Shown here: positions 63,411 to 64,000 of the stretch, one piece after another | Layout: the number at the start of each line of letters is the position of its first letter | Position numbering within the stretch: position 1 is the stretch's first letter | Assembly (NCBI RefSeq): GCF_018350175.1 | Contig: NC_058371.1 | Location: 186,930,001-186,994,000, forward strand | Direction of reading: 5' to 3' | Length of the DNA stretch: 64,000 nt | Origin: Felis catus | Taxonomy: Eukaryota | Made by a program: the position numbers and the translations under genes | The notes under the pieces: generated by a model | Databases searched by the model: none | Told to the model about the DNA's origin: nothing | The model's input: the letters and a program-made list of their open reading frames with translations, nothing else

Positions 63411-63514
63411 AAGATATATTTTATTATTAGTTTGCATTACTACATCACTAAGTGACTTTTCATATACCTAAGCATTAATTATCTCCTCAATTCGATTTCA
63501 TGCTCCTTTAAAAC

Positions 63515-63726
63515 AAATTTTTTTTGATGTTTATTTATTTTTGAGAGAGAGAGCACAAGCAGGGAAAGGGCAGAGAGAGAGGGAGACACAGAATCCAAAG
63601 CAGGCTCCAGGCTCCGGGTTGTCAGCACAAACCCCGACATGGGGCTCAAACCCATGAGCTATGAGATCATGACCTTAGCCAAGCCAAAGTCAGATGTTTA
63701 ACTGACTGAGCCACCCAGACACCCCT
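63515..63726 (-). mobile_element. CAN-SINE
   Basis: T-tail, (GA)n, body ending GAGCCACCCAGACACCCC. Confidence 0.9.
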
Positions 63727-64000
63727 CAGTTTTATGCTCTTTGAAGAATGGTTCCTTGTAGCCTGATACCCACCTGTACCATCCAAAGATTAGATATTTG
63801 TTCATTATTGATGTCATTGAGTAAATTATTGTCATTCCTGATGAAAATCAGCTGGAATGAATATTGGTGTTACTACCCGTAATACTTAATACTTCAGGAT
63901 TGAAGGTTTCCAATGAATTTAATCTCTATTCATGATTTAGTGTCAAATTAGACATACATACAAACCCATAGGGCAAAATAGTAATAAAATAAGCTACAGC

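Larger units (their letters stand above)
42176..64000 (-). other. GBA3: Last intron of GBA3 (continues beyond the window)
   Basis: Acceptor at 42176-42177. No further GH1-coding exon is recognisable up to 64000, consistent with a very long last intron. Confidence 0.8.

Noticed and set aside
1-64000. CRISPR arrays, operons, intact tRNA/rRNA genes, non-retroviral viral inserts
   Set aside because: None seen. This is mammalian DNA, and the tRNA-like sequences are SINE heads or the half-tRNA pseudogene.

Overview
Mammalian genomic DNA, almost certainly a felid, judged from the many tRNA-derived CAN-SINE/SINEC_Fc copies and carnivore-type L1 3' ends. It is repeat-rich and contains 12 N-runs (2,146 masked bases). 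The only apparently functional coding sequence is the terminal exon of GBA3 (cytosolic beta-glucosidase, GH1) on the minus strand (41973-42175), with a ~590-nt 3'UTR. Positions 42176-64000 are the preceding long intron and 1-41400 is downstream intergenic DNA. The most notable structure is one TSD-bounded insertion (4067-6103) fusing an SLC25A14 (UCP5/BMCP1) retrocopy to the 3' end of an L1. The retrocopy seems to lack the first coding exon and to stop in a retained splice donor. Other notable items are a tailless 5'-half tRNA-Gly(TCC) retropseudogene with TSDs (~25.7 kb), a complete ERV1-type solo LTR inside a SINE (29.1-29.7 kb), a recent complex 120-bp tandem duplication downstream of GBA3, and a nested L1/MaLR/ERV-L/SINE stack (13.3-18.9 kb). 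Repeat subfamily names and parent-gene exon boundaries come from recall, not database searches. Most tracked ORFs are artefacts.
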